Positions 18,664 to 28,290 of a stretch of 64,000 nucleotides of DNA are shown in pieces. The notes under the pieces were generated by a model. That model did no database searches. It was given only the letters and a program-made list of their open reading frames with translations, and was not told where the DNA came from. The first letter of the stretch is position 1. Each line of letters begins with the position of its first letter. The stretch is from an uncultured Burkholderiales bacterium (GTDB lineage Bacteria > Bacteroidota > Bacteroidia > UBA8524): positions 211,336-275,335 of the forward strand of contig CAZOZL010000002.1 in assembly GCA_964584305.1 (NCBI GenBank), in the 5' to 3' direction. The position numbers and the translations under genes were made by a program.

Positions 18664-19995
18664 CTAAAGAATTTTGCTCACAACAATTTGTGGTTTGCCT
18701 GATGGGCTTGGTGGAATATTGTCTTTTTTAAGGTAGTTTATTTTTAGTTCGCCTTCACTTACGTGTGTCCTAATTTCAGCATCAATCTCTTTTAAAGAGT
18801 CTTGATCAAAGCTAGGCGAGGGAATATACTCAAAATCTATTTCGTATTGTTTTTCTTGCACAATTCTAAATTGAGCAACATCATCACGCTTACCCATAAT
18901 TGCTGTAAAGAAATGAACTATAAGCGTTTTACCACTTGCTGTTTTTACAATATCAGTATCTCGCCCTATTACTCTTTTTATTAGTGGATATGCTAATGTA
19001 TTCGCATCACTAGCTTGATGTTCTGAAAGCTCCATTAAATCGCCAATTTTATAGCGTACTAATGGCATATAATTATTTTCTAAACCAGTAATAATAGCAT
19101 GCCCCATTTCACCATTAGGAACATTGTTATTATCATCATCTAATATCTCAACATGCACGTAGTTGCTAAGTAAATAGTAATTGTCATCATGAGCTATAAA
19201 ACCAACTGTAAGCCCTTCGTTAGATCCATAGGTTTCGCATACTTTACACTTAAACTGACTTTCTATTAGATATTTATAATGACTAAACATTTTATCTCCA
19301 AAAGAGATAGCTGCCTTAAAAGTGATGTTTAAATTATACTTTTTTGCTACTTGTGCATAGGTATATATACCCGATGCATAGCCCACGAAGTATACATTGT
19401 TTTCTTTGTTATTATACTTTTTTAGTACACCTAGTACTTCTTCTTCTGTAAGATTAAAGGCTAACTGGTAGTCTACCCTAAAGAATAAATCTTTAATTTT
19501 TTTTATTAAAGACCTTTTCTTAGTCATACCTAGTTGTAGGGTAGCACTACCAATACGGTAACCTGTATCTTCCCATATAAAGGTATTTATAGCTCTTAAT
19601 TTTGATAGTGCCTCATTGGGTAAAAATACTTTGCCTTGCACACCTGATGAACCACTGCTGTATAATGTATTTATCTTCTCACCAGTAGTGTTTACAACAT
19701 GAAACTGGTCTAGGTTAGCAATTATTGTTTTCTTATCAACTATAGGAAATTGCTTTAGAATCTCATTAGGGTTGCCACTTGAAAAATCTATATCTAGCTT
19801 TTGATAATAAGGAACTTTTTGATGCGCCAGTTTTAAATTAGCTAACAGTTTTGTTTTCTGTAACTCTTCAAGCTCGATTTTACTTTTTGAACCTTCTTTA
19901 CGAAAATTATTTAGTTGTTTTATATAAGAAGTTTTTGTTAGTGCATCTCCTATGGGAAGAATAACTTTCTCAAGAATGAAATTCCTTAACATCAA
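18664..19995 (-). CDS. CapK-like adenylate-forming enzyme (phenylacetate-CoA ligase / F390 synthetase family)
   Basis: AMP-binding P-loop YSSGSSGVQGK and a C-terminal subdomain. This family is known from capsule loci (Cap5K/Cap8K). Confidence 0.75.
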   Translation of the reverse strand: MMLRNFILEKVILPIGDALTKTSYIKQLNNFRKEGSKSKIELEELQKTKLLANLKLAHQKVPYYQKLDIDFSSGNPNEILKQFPIVDKKTIIANLDQFHVVNTTGEKINTLYSSGSSGVQGKVFLPNEALSKLRAINTFIWEDTGYRIGSATLQLGMTKKRSLIKKIKDLFFRVDYQLAFNLTEEEVLGVLKKYNNKENNVYFVGYASGIYTYAQVAKKYNLNITFKAAISFGDKMFSHYKYLIESQFKCKVCETYGSNEGLTVGFIAHDDNYYLLSNYVHVEILDDDNNNVPNGEMGHAIITGLENNYMPLVRYKIGDLMELSEHQASDANTLAYPLIKRVIGRDTDIVKTASGKTLIVHFFTAIMGKRDDVAQFRIVQEKQYEIDFEYIPSPSFDQDSLKEIDAEIRTHVSEGELKINYLKKDNIPPSPSGKPQIVVSKIL

Positions 19996-20024
19996 TCGGC
20001 TTCTCTACTTATTATTATTAGTTC

Positions 20025-21071
20025 TTACTTTTTTGCAGCTTTAGCTACAACTCTTTCTACAGCATTAAACCATAAATGTTTAACACTCTTTTCCCAGTCT
20101 AGTTTCTCTACTTTTTCTCTCCCTGCCTTAGATAATTTTTCCACTAAATCGGAGTTTTCAACTAACTCACTAATTCTATCAGCCATCATTTGTGGGTTTT
20201 GCTTTTCTGTAAGTAACCCATTCTCACCATCTTGAATTAAATAAGGTATCCCACCAACGTTGGTGCTTACAATTGGTAAACCCAATGCCATAGCTTCGAT
20301 AACACTAAATGGCGTATTATCGAAGTTGGTAGTATTAATAAATACATTAAAGTCTTCTGATGCTTTGCCCCATACATCTTGCGATACAGAACCTGGCATT
20401 TTTGCCTTATCCTCTAAGCCATACTTCTTAATGGTGTCTTCTGTTTTATGCCAGCTATCATCAAGGTGAGGACCATACATAGTAAGTTCAGCATCTGGGT
20501 ATTTTTTTAGTAATAGGTTTAGCATCTCTACTGCCATTGCAGGGTTGTAGATTTCTTTAAATGCTCTTACAAAAAGAACCTTCGGTGTAATTTCACTACG
20601 TTGCTTAAAGGTATATTTCTCAATATTAACTGGGTTAGGGATAAGCTCTACCGTAAAGCCAGCATTGGAAAACTCTGTAAGCAAATAGTCTGAAGGAGCC
20701 ACATTTAATGAAGCATTATTGAAGATTATTTTACAAAATTTTTTATAGTTCTTTAATCTCCAAGGCAAGTTGCCTCCCTGTAGGTTAGTGATATAAGGTA
20801 AGCCCATTACCCTACAAAGTTGGGTAACTACAAGAGCGTAATAAAAGTTTTGAGAACTAAACACATCCACAATTAAAAAATCGGCTTTGCGACCATACTT
20901 TATTGTATGCCAACCCATATCTAATAATCGTAGCAGTTTATTGTCCTTGGTAGATGTTAGAGTCATGTCGTAACGCTCTACCAATCTACCACCAACATGG
21001 TCTACAATAGATAAATAGTTACGTCTTTGTAATCTATTACCTACGTGTATGCCTCTTATCTTACGCTCCAT
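20025..21071 (-). CDS. GT4 glycosyltransferase
   Basis: GT-B fold with the EX7E-type motif (GGIPYLIQDGENG). Confidence 0.85.
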   Translation of the reverse strand: MERKIRGIHVGNRLQRRNYLSIVDHVGGRLVERYDMTLTSTKDNKLLRLLDMGWHTIKYGRKADFLIVDVFSSQNFYYALVVTQLCRVMGLPYITNLQGGNLPWRLKNYKKFCKIIFNNASLNVAPSDYLLTEFSNAGFTVELIPNPVNIEKYTFKQRSEITPKVLFVRAFKEIYNPAMAVEMLNLLLKKYPDAELTMYGPHLDDSWHKTEDTIKKYGLEDKAKMPGSVSQDVWGKASEDFNVFINTTNFDNTPFSVIEAMALGLPIVSTNVGGIPYLIQDGENGLLTEKQNPQMMADRISELVENSDLVEKLSKAGREKVEKLDWEKSVKHLWFNAVERVVAKAAKK

Positions 21072-21097
21072 TATAATTTTAGTCTGTTAGTTGTAAA

Positions 21098-22039
21098 CTA
21101 CTTTTTTAGGTATGTGTGTTTGTATATTTTTTGCAAACCCTCTTTTAGTAAAGTGGTTGGCTTCATACTTGTATGAGATTCTAATTTCTCAGAAGTACCC
21201 ACACGTCTTTCAACTTCATAATCATAGCGATTTTTTGGTGCTTCGATAAATGTTACTTCAGACTGTGAGTTTGTTACTGCTTTTATTTCGTATGCTAAAT
21301 CTAAAATGCTCCACTCGTTCTCATTAGAAATATTAAAAATTTCAAATCCCTTAACCTTTCCCATTAGCCTAATACAAGCTTCTACAGTATCTTCTATAAA
21401 GGTAAAATCACGCGTTTGCCCACCATTACCAAATACGGTAATGGGTTTATTGTTCAATGCTTGCTCAAAAAAACGAGGAATTACCATACGATTATCTTGC
21501 TTATAACCATAAACATTAAAGAAACGTAGGGCTACTGAGTTGATACCCTTTTCTTCATAAAGAGCAGAAAGGTAAATTTCGTTATAACGTTTTGCCATTG
21601 CATAACTGGTTTTAGGATCAACTAGCATTTCTTCATCTACTGATTTTTCCATAGCAGAATGCCCGTAAATACCACTAGTTGAAGCGTATAAAATTTTCTT
21701 AACCCCATTTATTTGTGCTGCTTTACTAATATTTCTCAGCCCAATAGTTTCAACTTCCATAGTTTCAACAGGATTATCGGCTACAATATCTACCCCAAGT
21801 ATTGCTGCAAAATGATATATTATTTCACATCCCTTTGAAGCTTTTAAAACGGTATCATAATCTCTCACATCGCCTTGAATAAACTCTATTCCGCGCAAAA
21901 CATCAGAATCCAACTTGTTGCCTCTCAACAAATTATCTAGAACGGTAACACTGTATCCTTTCTCAATTAATCTTTTAACTAGGTTACTGCCAATAAAACC
22001 TGCACCACCAGTAACTAATATTTTATTTATTTTTTCCAT
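21098..22039 (-). CDS. NAD-dependent nucleotide-sugar epimerase/dehydratase (extended SDR)
   Basis: ILVTGGAGFIGSNL motif and YxxxK (YAMAK). Confidence 0.85.
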   Translation of the reverse strand: MEKINKILVTGGAGFIGSNLVKRLIEKGYSVTVLDNLLRGNKLDSDVLRGIEFIQGDVRDYDTVLKASKGCEIIYHFAAILGVDIVADNPVETMEVETIGLRNISKAAQINGVKKILYASTSGIYGHSAMEKSVDEEMLVDPKTSYAMAKRYNEIYLSALYEEKGINSVALRFFNVYGYKQDNRMVIPRFFEQALNNKPITVFGNGGQTRDFTFIEDTVEACIRLMGKVKGFEIFNISNENEWSILDLAYEIKAVTNSQSEVTFIEAPKNRYDYEVERRVGTSEKLESHTSMKPTTLLKEGLQKIYKHTYLKK

Positions 22040-22057
22040 TATAATTAATTTTTTATT

Positions 22058-22960
22058 TTATTTAAATTGACTTTGTATTATTTTTAACAATATTCTAAAA
22101 GGTGTATCGTGTTCATAAATTCCTATACGTGGAATTAGCATAGGATTGGTAGATTTTTTAATACTACCTGTTTGCAAAGTTACTCCATGGGTATAGTATT
22201 TACTAGCCGTAGTATATGTATTGCCTATATGTTTCGCACTACCATATGGGTAGCATATAAGGTATTGCTCTTCGCCTGTAACATTTTGTAGATATCTTTT
22301 TGATTCTTCAAACTCATACGCCAACTCTTCTTCAGTTTGCATATATAGTTTAGGGTGTGTAACTGTATGAGATTGAAATGAAAACAAATCATTCTCTGCA
22401 TACATTTTTATGACCTGCTCATCTATCACCTTATCAGCTTCAGCAGCTATATAGCCATTTAATTGGCTAATTTTTTCTACTTTACCCTCAATCACTTCTG
22501 TTTGGTCTTCATCCCAAACTAGTTCATTAATAAGGTTGCTTTTAAAAGTTAACTTCTCTGCCTTTTCTTTAAATATAACCTCTTTTCCGGTTTCGTCTTT
22601 ATACTTAAGCTTTTCGGTTGCTAATATCTTAACAATCTTTAGCGGCCATAAGGGTGTATTATCAATACTATATTTAGTAGGCACGAAAAACGTACATGGC
22701 AAGTTGTGTTTCTCTAATATTTGAGTAGCATTTACAAAATCTTCATAATAGCAATCGTCCATTGTTAATGCTATAGCAAATGTTGGTTTTGCATTAATGC
22801 TATCATCAGCCAAAGCCTTAAAAGATTTTACAGGGGCTAGTTTTTTAAAGAATATAACCTGTGCATCAAATTTTTGTTTGGTAATGCGGTGGTAGCAAAG
22901 TACCACTGGTTTGTTAGTGATTTTTAAAAAAAAAAATATTATGTGCGTTATTAAGTCCAT
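22058..22960 (-). CDS. Polysaccharide deacetylase (NodB homology domain, CE4)
   Basis: TMDDCY (TFDDG-type) motif and HTVTHP (H-x-x-x-H) motif. Confidence 0.75.
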   Translation of the reverse strand: MDLITHIIFFFLKITNKPVVLCYHRITKQKFDAQVIFFKKLAPVKSFKALADDSINAKPTFAIALTMDDCYYEDFVNATQILEKHNLPCTFFVPTKYSIDNTPLWPLKIVKILATEKLKYKDETGKEVIFKEKAEKLTFKSNLINELVWDEDQTEVIEGKVEKISQLNGYIAAEADKVIDEQVIKMYAENDLFSFQSHTVTHPKLYMQTEEELAYEFEESKRYLQNVTGEEQYLICYPYGSAKHIGNTYTTASKYYTHGVTLQTGSIKKSTNPMLIPRIGIYEHDTPFRILLKIIQSQFK

Positions 22961-22975
22961 TAAATAACTTAAAAA

Positions 22976-23728
22976 TTATTTGTTTATGTATAATTTCTCG
23001 TACTGCTCTTTTGTCCAATAAGATTTATATCTATTTTTAACTTCACCCCCATCATCTTCAAGTTTTTCAACTCCTTCAGTTATTAATTTTCCCAATATTT
23101 CACACTCATTTTTAACTATCCAATACATATAACCTGAATGATGATTTATCAAATCATCTTTCTCAATTCTTTTTCTTACGATGGGTTTACCAGTATCAAT
23201 ACCGTAATCAATATAATGTAGTGTAGTGCCTAACCACTCATACTTTTTATAATATAGAGCCCAAAATGTAGGACTAACTCCTCTTATTCCTGGTAAAATT
23301 CCTGGGTGAAAGTTTAAAATTGGAATACCAATATCAATAATTTTATCTGGAATAATACCCACTCCTGTTTGAAAAATATAATCAGGGGTTTCTTTTTTTA
23401 TGAAATTAATTAAAGAGCTTGTAAAACCTGGGAAGTGTTTATCAACTCCTTTAGTAATAGGTATATCAAGTTTTTTTATTGCTTCATCTTCTATTTCTAA
23501 AGATTGGCTAACATAATCACCTAATTGACTAATGTTCTTCCTTCTTTTTATAAACCAAGTAATACCGTTTTTCTTAACGAGCTTCAGGTTTCTTATTATT
23601 CTCTGAAAGGTTAGCATATTACCTGAAATATCTATAATTATAACTTCTGCACCTGCATCAAACATTTTTTGCATTTGCGTTTTGTATCTTAATCCTGCAG
23701 CAGTATTTGTTAAAGCTATTATCTTCAT
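22976..23728 (-). CDS. Formyltransferase-fold protein (second copy), candidate sugar N-formyl/N-acyl transferase
   Basis: LNFHPGILPGIRG (N-x-H...LP...RG) and YIDYGIDTGKPI (Asp motif). Confidence 0.6.
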   Translation of the reverse strand: MKIIALTNTAAGLRYKTQMQKMFDAGAEVIIIDISGNMLTFQRIIRNLKLVKKNGITWFIKRRKNISQLGDYVSQSLEIEDEAIKKLDIPITKGVDKHFPGFTSSLINFIKKETPDYIFQTGVGIIPDKIIDIGIPILNFHPGILPGIRGVSPTFWALYYKKYEWLGTTLHYIDYGIDTGKPIVRKRIEKDDLINHHSGYMYWIVKNECEILGKLITEGVEKLEDDGGEVKNRYKSYWTKEQYEKLYINK

Positions 23729-23730
23729 TG

Positions 23731-24954
23731 TTATCTATATCTGTTTTGCAACAGATTATAAATATAATCTGTTGATTTCTCCAAAGTATTCTCTCGCAAT
23801 AATGCTTGGGAGTTTTTTACTAAAGTTTTTTGGAGTTCACTATTACCATCTAATTCTCTAATTTTTACCAATAAGTCTTCTAAGCTATTTTGCTCAAATA
23901 TTAATGCCTCTTGATTAGTGAAAAATTGTCTTATACCTAAATAACTAACACAAATGGTTGGTATACCAGCAGCAAAACCTTCCCAAAGAGTACGTGGATA
24001 CCCTTCATTTGTGCAGGTATTGAATATGTAAATATCAGATTGATTAAAAACCTCTACCTTTTTGTTATTATGTATCTCGCCTCTAAAGTTTATATAATCT
24101 TTTACATCTAACTCATCAATAACACTGTTTATCAAACTCATGTAAGAAGGGACTGCTGTTCCTCCATATACGTCTAGTATAGCTTCACGCCCACCTTTTC
24201 TAAGTTTGCTAACTGCTTTTATTAGCAATTCAACATTCTTTTCAGGGTCTAACCTGCTATAAAATATTAAGCGCAAAGGTCCCTCGTGTTGTTCCCTATC
24301 TCTATAAACAATCTCGCTATCTCTAATTAAACCTTTTGATATAAGATTAAACCTGTTGTCTTTAATTTTATAAGACGACTCCATTGCGGGATTATTACCC
24401 AAAACAATATAACTATACTTGTTTACCAATGCACGTGTTAAGTAGTTGGTAGTATATATACGCAATACGTTTTTAAAGAACTCTCTAATAGCTCCATTTA
24501 AACCCGCAGGGCGATAAATTTCTTTTGGTGATTTGGTTAGTATACCTACCAATAAGCTCGCAATTTTACAATTGGGGTGTACTGCTTTTGCCACAGGGTT
24601 TTGTTGTGGCGTAGGCCCTTGTATTATAATATAATCAAGGTTTTTAGTGCCGTTATAAATGGCTTTTTTATCTAAGCCAATTCCAAAACCTTTAATACGA
24701 TGAGGTGCTTGCTTTCCTATATCTACTATTGAAGATTTTGCAGTTAGTATATGGTAAGATTTGGGTACATTATCACTACTTATAGTACCTCCATTATTTA
24801 AAAAACAAGTAAACTCTTCGCACAACTCTCCAAAACGTTCAGCCCAAATAGCTATATCAAAAGCAACATATTGTTGCCCCTTTTCGTCAGTTAAAAAATG
24901 TCCGTGATTAAAGTAGCCTATTTTCATTTTTTTAGTTACCTGATAGCCATTCAT
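23731..24954 (-). CDS. GT4 glycosyltransferase
   Basis: C-terminal NEGYPRTLWEGFAAGIP (EX7E motif). Confidence 0.75.
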   Translation of the reverse strand: MNGYQVTKKMKIGYFNHGHFLTDEKGQQYVAFDIAIWAERFGELCEEFTCFLNNGGTISSDNVPKSYHILTAKSSIVDIGKQAPHRIKGFGIGLDKKAIYNGTKNLDYIIIQGPTPQQNPVAKAVHPNCKIASLLVGILTKSPKEIYRPAGLNGAIREFFKNVLRIYTTNYLTRALVNKYSYIVLGNNPAMESSYKIKDNRFNLISKGLIRDSEIVYRDREQHEGPLRLIFYSRLDPEKNVELLIKAVSKLRKGGREAILDVYGGTAVPSYMSLINSVIDELDVKDYINFRGEIHNNKKVEVFNQSDIYIFNTCTNEGYPRTLWEGFAAGIPTICVSYLGIRQFFTNQEALIFEQNSLEDLLVKIRELDGNSELQKTLVKNSQALLRENTLEKSTDYIYNLLQNRYR

Positions 24955-26644
24955 AGTTATCGTTGTTCCTCAAAACTCTTGTTGCTATTTTTTCAAACCC
25001 CGCTTCACTAATCCTTTTTTGTAATGCAACATTCCAGTCGTTAGTATAAATCAGCACATCACTGTTTTGCCTTACTGAAATTATATTTAATAAATATGAG
25101 TAGTATCCTTTACCTCGTTGGCTTTTTGCTGTAAAGCAGTCTATTATCACTTGTGGATTTCTCAGTTCTGTTTTTTTAGGTATCTCCTCATCCTTAGGAG
25201 ATGTCATCCAAGCAATACAGGCTATTGTTTTATCTTTATTATACAAACAATAAGGTTTTTTTTTGTTCTCTGCAATTGTTGTTAGGTAGTATTGTCTTTT
25301 AGCAGTTGTTAGCACAATCTCTTTTTCAAAAAAGTCCATAATATCATATACGGCACCTGTACCATAAGTAACATCGTTACAGGGTTTTACTACTATTTTA
25401 TTAGGTATAAATTTATAAAAATGCTGTGTATCGGATTTTGTTATTACCTTTATTTTTTTAGAAATAAATTTCTTATCTGTTCTTAACTCGTTAAGTATAT
25501 ATCTCAATTTACTCTTACAGGTACTAACTTTTAACTTTATTTTTGAGATAGTAACTCGAACTTTATTGTTTAAAAAGTTTATTAGGCGTGGGCTTTTTTG
25601 ATAATGGTAATCTATTACCCCTTTTATGTATGTTTTAGAGTATATCGATTTTGCTCCATATAACCTCACTAAGTGAGGGTCTTTATTTGCGTACTCATAC
25701 TTATAGGATTCCATGCCTACACCAAAATCAAGAACTAATAGATTATTATCTGCCATCCATTTTGATAGCTCAAATATCAACAGCTTATTAATTCTGTATT
25801 TCAAATAAATTCCGTTAACAGAATATGCTATTTGATGGTATATTACTGAGTCCTTTGTTTTGAGACAGATAGCCATTGATGTTGGTTTATCATCCACATC
25901 TAAAGAAAAAAGAATACACGACTTTTCTTTAAGCCATCTTTTAACTTTTTCATTTAATTGCTCTCTTTGTGCCTTGCTATTATAGATTGATGGTGTTGAA
26001 GTTGGATTCCATCTAATCTCATGATACATGAAGAAGTAATCCATCCAATTATTAAGTCTCTCCTCATCAAAGCCTTCGACAACACTCGCTTTGTAAGCGT
26101 GTTCACGCCTAAACTTGTTTGAATAATTTCTTGTATTACTCTTATTAAAGATACCTCTAAACTCTTTCTCTTCGGCAGTACTACGCAATATTTTTACAAA
26201 GAGATTTTTCCATGATTTTACAAATACTGTTTTAAAATTTAACTCATTTACTGCCTTTATTACAAGAAATAAATATGTATTTGCAGTACACAATTTTTTA
26301 AACTCAATATTTTGAGGATTAATCTGTGTTAGTGCCTCTTTAATGGCTTGATACTTTTGGGTAATTGAGACCGAATACAAAAAAGGAAATTGTATTGAAT
26401 CTGACATTGCCTCTCCAGCTATGTGTAATGTAGTACCTATAAAAGTAAATGGTATGGCTCCTATTAGTAAGTTTTCATTATAAATATAAACTATGCTTAG
26501 TGCTCTTATATTCTCATAGCTTAGTTTTAGAATATCAGCGGAAATAAATGGATTTCTTGTGTTTGATTTATCCCAAATTTTGGAATAGTTAGCCCAATCT
26601 TCTTCACTAAGCTGATTTATAATCTTGATATTAATATCACTCAC
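24932..26644 (-). CDS. Didomain acyltransferase: N-terminal FemAB/CelD-like (Acetyltransf_6/BioF2-like) domain plus C-terminal classical GNAT
   Basis: About 340 aa with FemAB-like GNAT-duplication architecture. The C-terminal 150 aa carries the motif A RGKGYYSYLL. Confidence 0.55.
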   Translation of the reverse strand: MSDINIKIINQLSEEDWANYSKIWDKSNTRNPFISADILKLSYENIRALSIVYIYNENLLIGAIPFTFIGTTLHIAGEAMSDSIQFPFLYSVSITQKYQAIKEALTQINPQNIEFKKLCTANTYLFLVIKAVNELNFKTVFVKSWKNLFVKILRSTAEEKEFRGIFNKSNTRNYSNKFRREHAYKASVVEGFDEERLNNWMDYFFMYHEIRWNPTSTPSIYNSKAQREQLNEKVKRWLKEKSCILFSLDVDDKPTSMAICLKTKDSVIYHQIAYSVNGIYLKYRINKLLIFELSKWMADNNLLVLDFGVGMESYKYEYANKDPHLVRLYGAKSIYSKTYIKGVIDYHYQKSPRLINFLNNKVRVTISKIKLKVSTCKSKLRYILNELRTDKKFISKKIKVITKSDTQHFYKFIPNKIVVKPCNDVTYGTGAVYDIMDFFEKEIVLTTAKRQYYLTTIAENKKKPYCLYNKDKTIACIAWMTSPKDEEIPKKTELRNPQVIIDCFTAKSQRGKGYYSYLLNIISVRQNSDVLIYTNDWNVALQKRISEAGFEKIATRVLRNNDNYEWLSGN

Positions 26645-27052
26645 GTTTACTATTCTTTGTTCAATTTACTTTTGAAAATTGCTGCACCACCAATTGCAAT
26701 AAAATACCACGTAAACGAGTCTAACTTTGCCGAAATAGTATATATATTAGCATCAGCGACAAGTCTCAAAGTTTAGGGTGCTGAATATTATCTAACTTTG
26801 AGTATTTTCGGAATAGTGTTACAAAAATAATAAGGAGAATTAATATAAAAGAAACAATCTTCCTTCTCCTAAAAAAGAGATACAGGAATTATGTGTACTA
26901 AACTTTTCTTTCTCCCTAAACAAAATTTCCCCTAAAATTAACTTTATGTTTACTCCAAGTTAAAGCCTAAGCTTGTGAGTGGTTCATTCTCAAAAAAAAA
27001 TTAACCCCTTTTGAACCATTGCTTTTCGTAGTAAAATTGAACCCTCATTTAC
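26645..27052 (-). promoter_or_regulatory. 408-bp intergenic region inside the locus; probable internal promoter/regulatory region for the downstream sub-operon (26644 to 6020). It contains an imperfect direct repeat tctaactttg...cgaaatag twice
   Basis: This is the only long non-coding gap in an otherwise overlapping or abutting gene string. tctaactttgccgaaatag (~26721) and tctaactttgagtattttcggaatag (~26801) lie ~80 bp apart. Confidence 0.3.
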
Positions 27053-28267
27053 CTACTTTACTGGATAAAAATATATCTGTTTTCTAAGTGTGTAGGTAGC
27101 TGCAATGGCTATTAAAAACCATGCAAATACATTTACAATAGCAGAAATAACATACATATGTATGCACATGCCTACAAAGCCCCATAAGGCAGCCTTTTTA
27201 AAGTTATTTATCTTGTTATAATTTTTTACAAAAAAGAAAATAGTTGACGCCAGTAATAAAATCAATGGCACAAACAACATTAATCCTCCTTCTGCCAATA
27301 TAGATATATAAGAATTATGTGCACTTTTTTGACTAAGATCTTTGTACTTAAGCACTTCACCTCCCTCAAAATCTAAATCAATATCTACATCGTATGCCAC
27401 AAAGTTATTAAGCCCAATACCTGTGATGGGATCCTCCATAAAAATTTGAAGACCTTTGTTTACCATTGCCACACGCGTTAGATAAGATTGATCTTTAGTG
27501 GTCAAATCTTCAGTTTCGTATAATATTGAGTGTATCCTACCGTTAGTACTTTTTATCATAGATTCTACAAAAACCGTATTAAAAGCTATTGTCATAAACA
27601 TTACAGCTACTAAAGAGACTGCTATACTTCTAGCTCTAACTTCAAGGAAAAAGAAAAGCATAAACGCTTCAAGACTAACCAATAATAGCCCTGCTCTTCT
27701 ACCTTGTAACAGCATTGCCATTAGTATAATCAACAACAATGTTATCGCCTGAAACCTTTTTTTATTACTTAAATAGTAATAGATAGCAATAGGACTAAAA
27801 CATATCATTAGAAATGCAAAACCATTCCCGTAAAGGGGTCGTAAAAATGGTATAAAAGCTAGGTAATCTTGGATAAAGTAATATACTACCGAGGATATAA
27901 TGCCATATGTTATTCCTTTATATATAACATACATATTTACCCTAATTAGGTAAGATGAAAATATAACTAGTATAGTACACCAATATATATAGTTGGGCAA
28001 TACTGTTAGTGCTCTTTTCAGTGAACCATCGAACTTTTTAACATCAAGCACTGAAACTATGGCTCCAATAACTATTAAAGCTGCATAAGTAGTTACTTTA
28101 GAGAACTTTAACTTTATATTTTTAGAGAAGAGATTATAAAACAACAATATCATTAAGAAAAACGATACGTTTTGCCCAAGTAGGAGAAAAGCAGGGAATA
28201 CCATAAAATAAGAAAGCCAAAAAAGCACTTTATTATTGCTAGTATCTATTACTTGTTCTTGAATCAT
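27053..28267 (-). CDS. wzy: O-antigen polymerase/ligase family membrane protein (Wzy-like)
   Basis: Multi-TM protein with a periplasmic loop carrying the GRRAGLL and SAHNSYISILAEGG (Wzy_C-type) motifs. Confidence 0.65.
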   Translation of the reverse strand: MIQEQVIDTSNNKVLFWLSYFMVFPAFLLLGQNVSFFLMILLFYNLFSKNIKLKFSKVTTYAALIVIGAIVSVLDVKKFDGSLKRALTVLPNYIYWCTILVIFSSYLIRVNMYVIYKGITYGIISSVVYYFIQDYLAFIPFLRPLYGNGFAFLMICFSPIAIYYYLSNKKRFQAITLLLIILMAMLLQGRRAGLLLVSLEAFMLFFFLEVRARSIAVSLVAVMFMTIAFNTVFVESMIKSTNGRIHSILYETEDLTTKDQSYLTRVAMVNKGLQIFMEDPITGIGLNNFVAYDVDIDLDFEGGEVLKYKDLSQKSAHNSYISILAEGGLMLFVPLILLLASTIFFFVKNYNKINNFKKAALWGFVGMCIHMYVISAIVNVFAWFLIAIAATYTLRKQIYFYPVK

Positions 28268-28290
28268 TTATGCTTTACTTTTTCTAAAAT

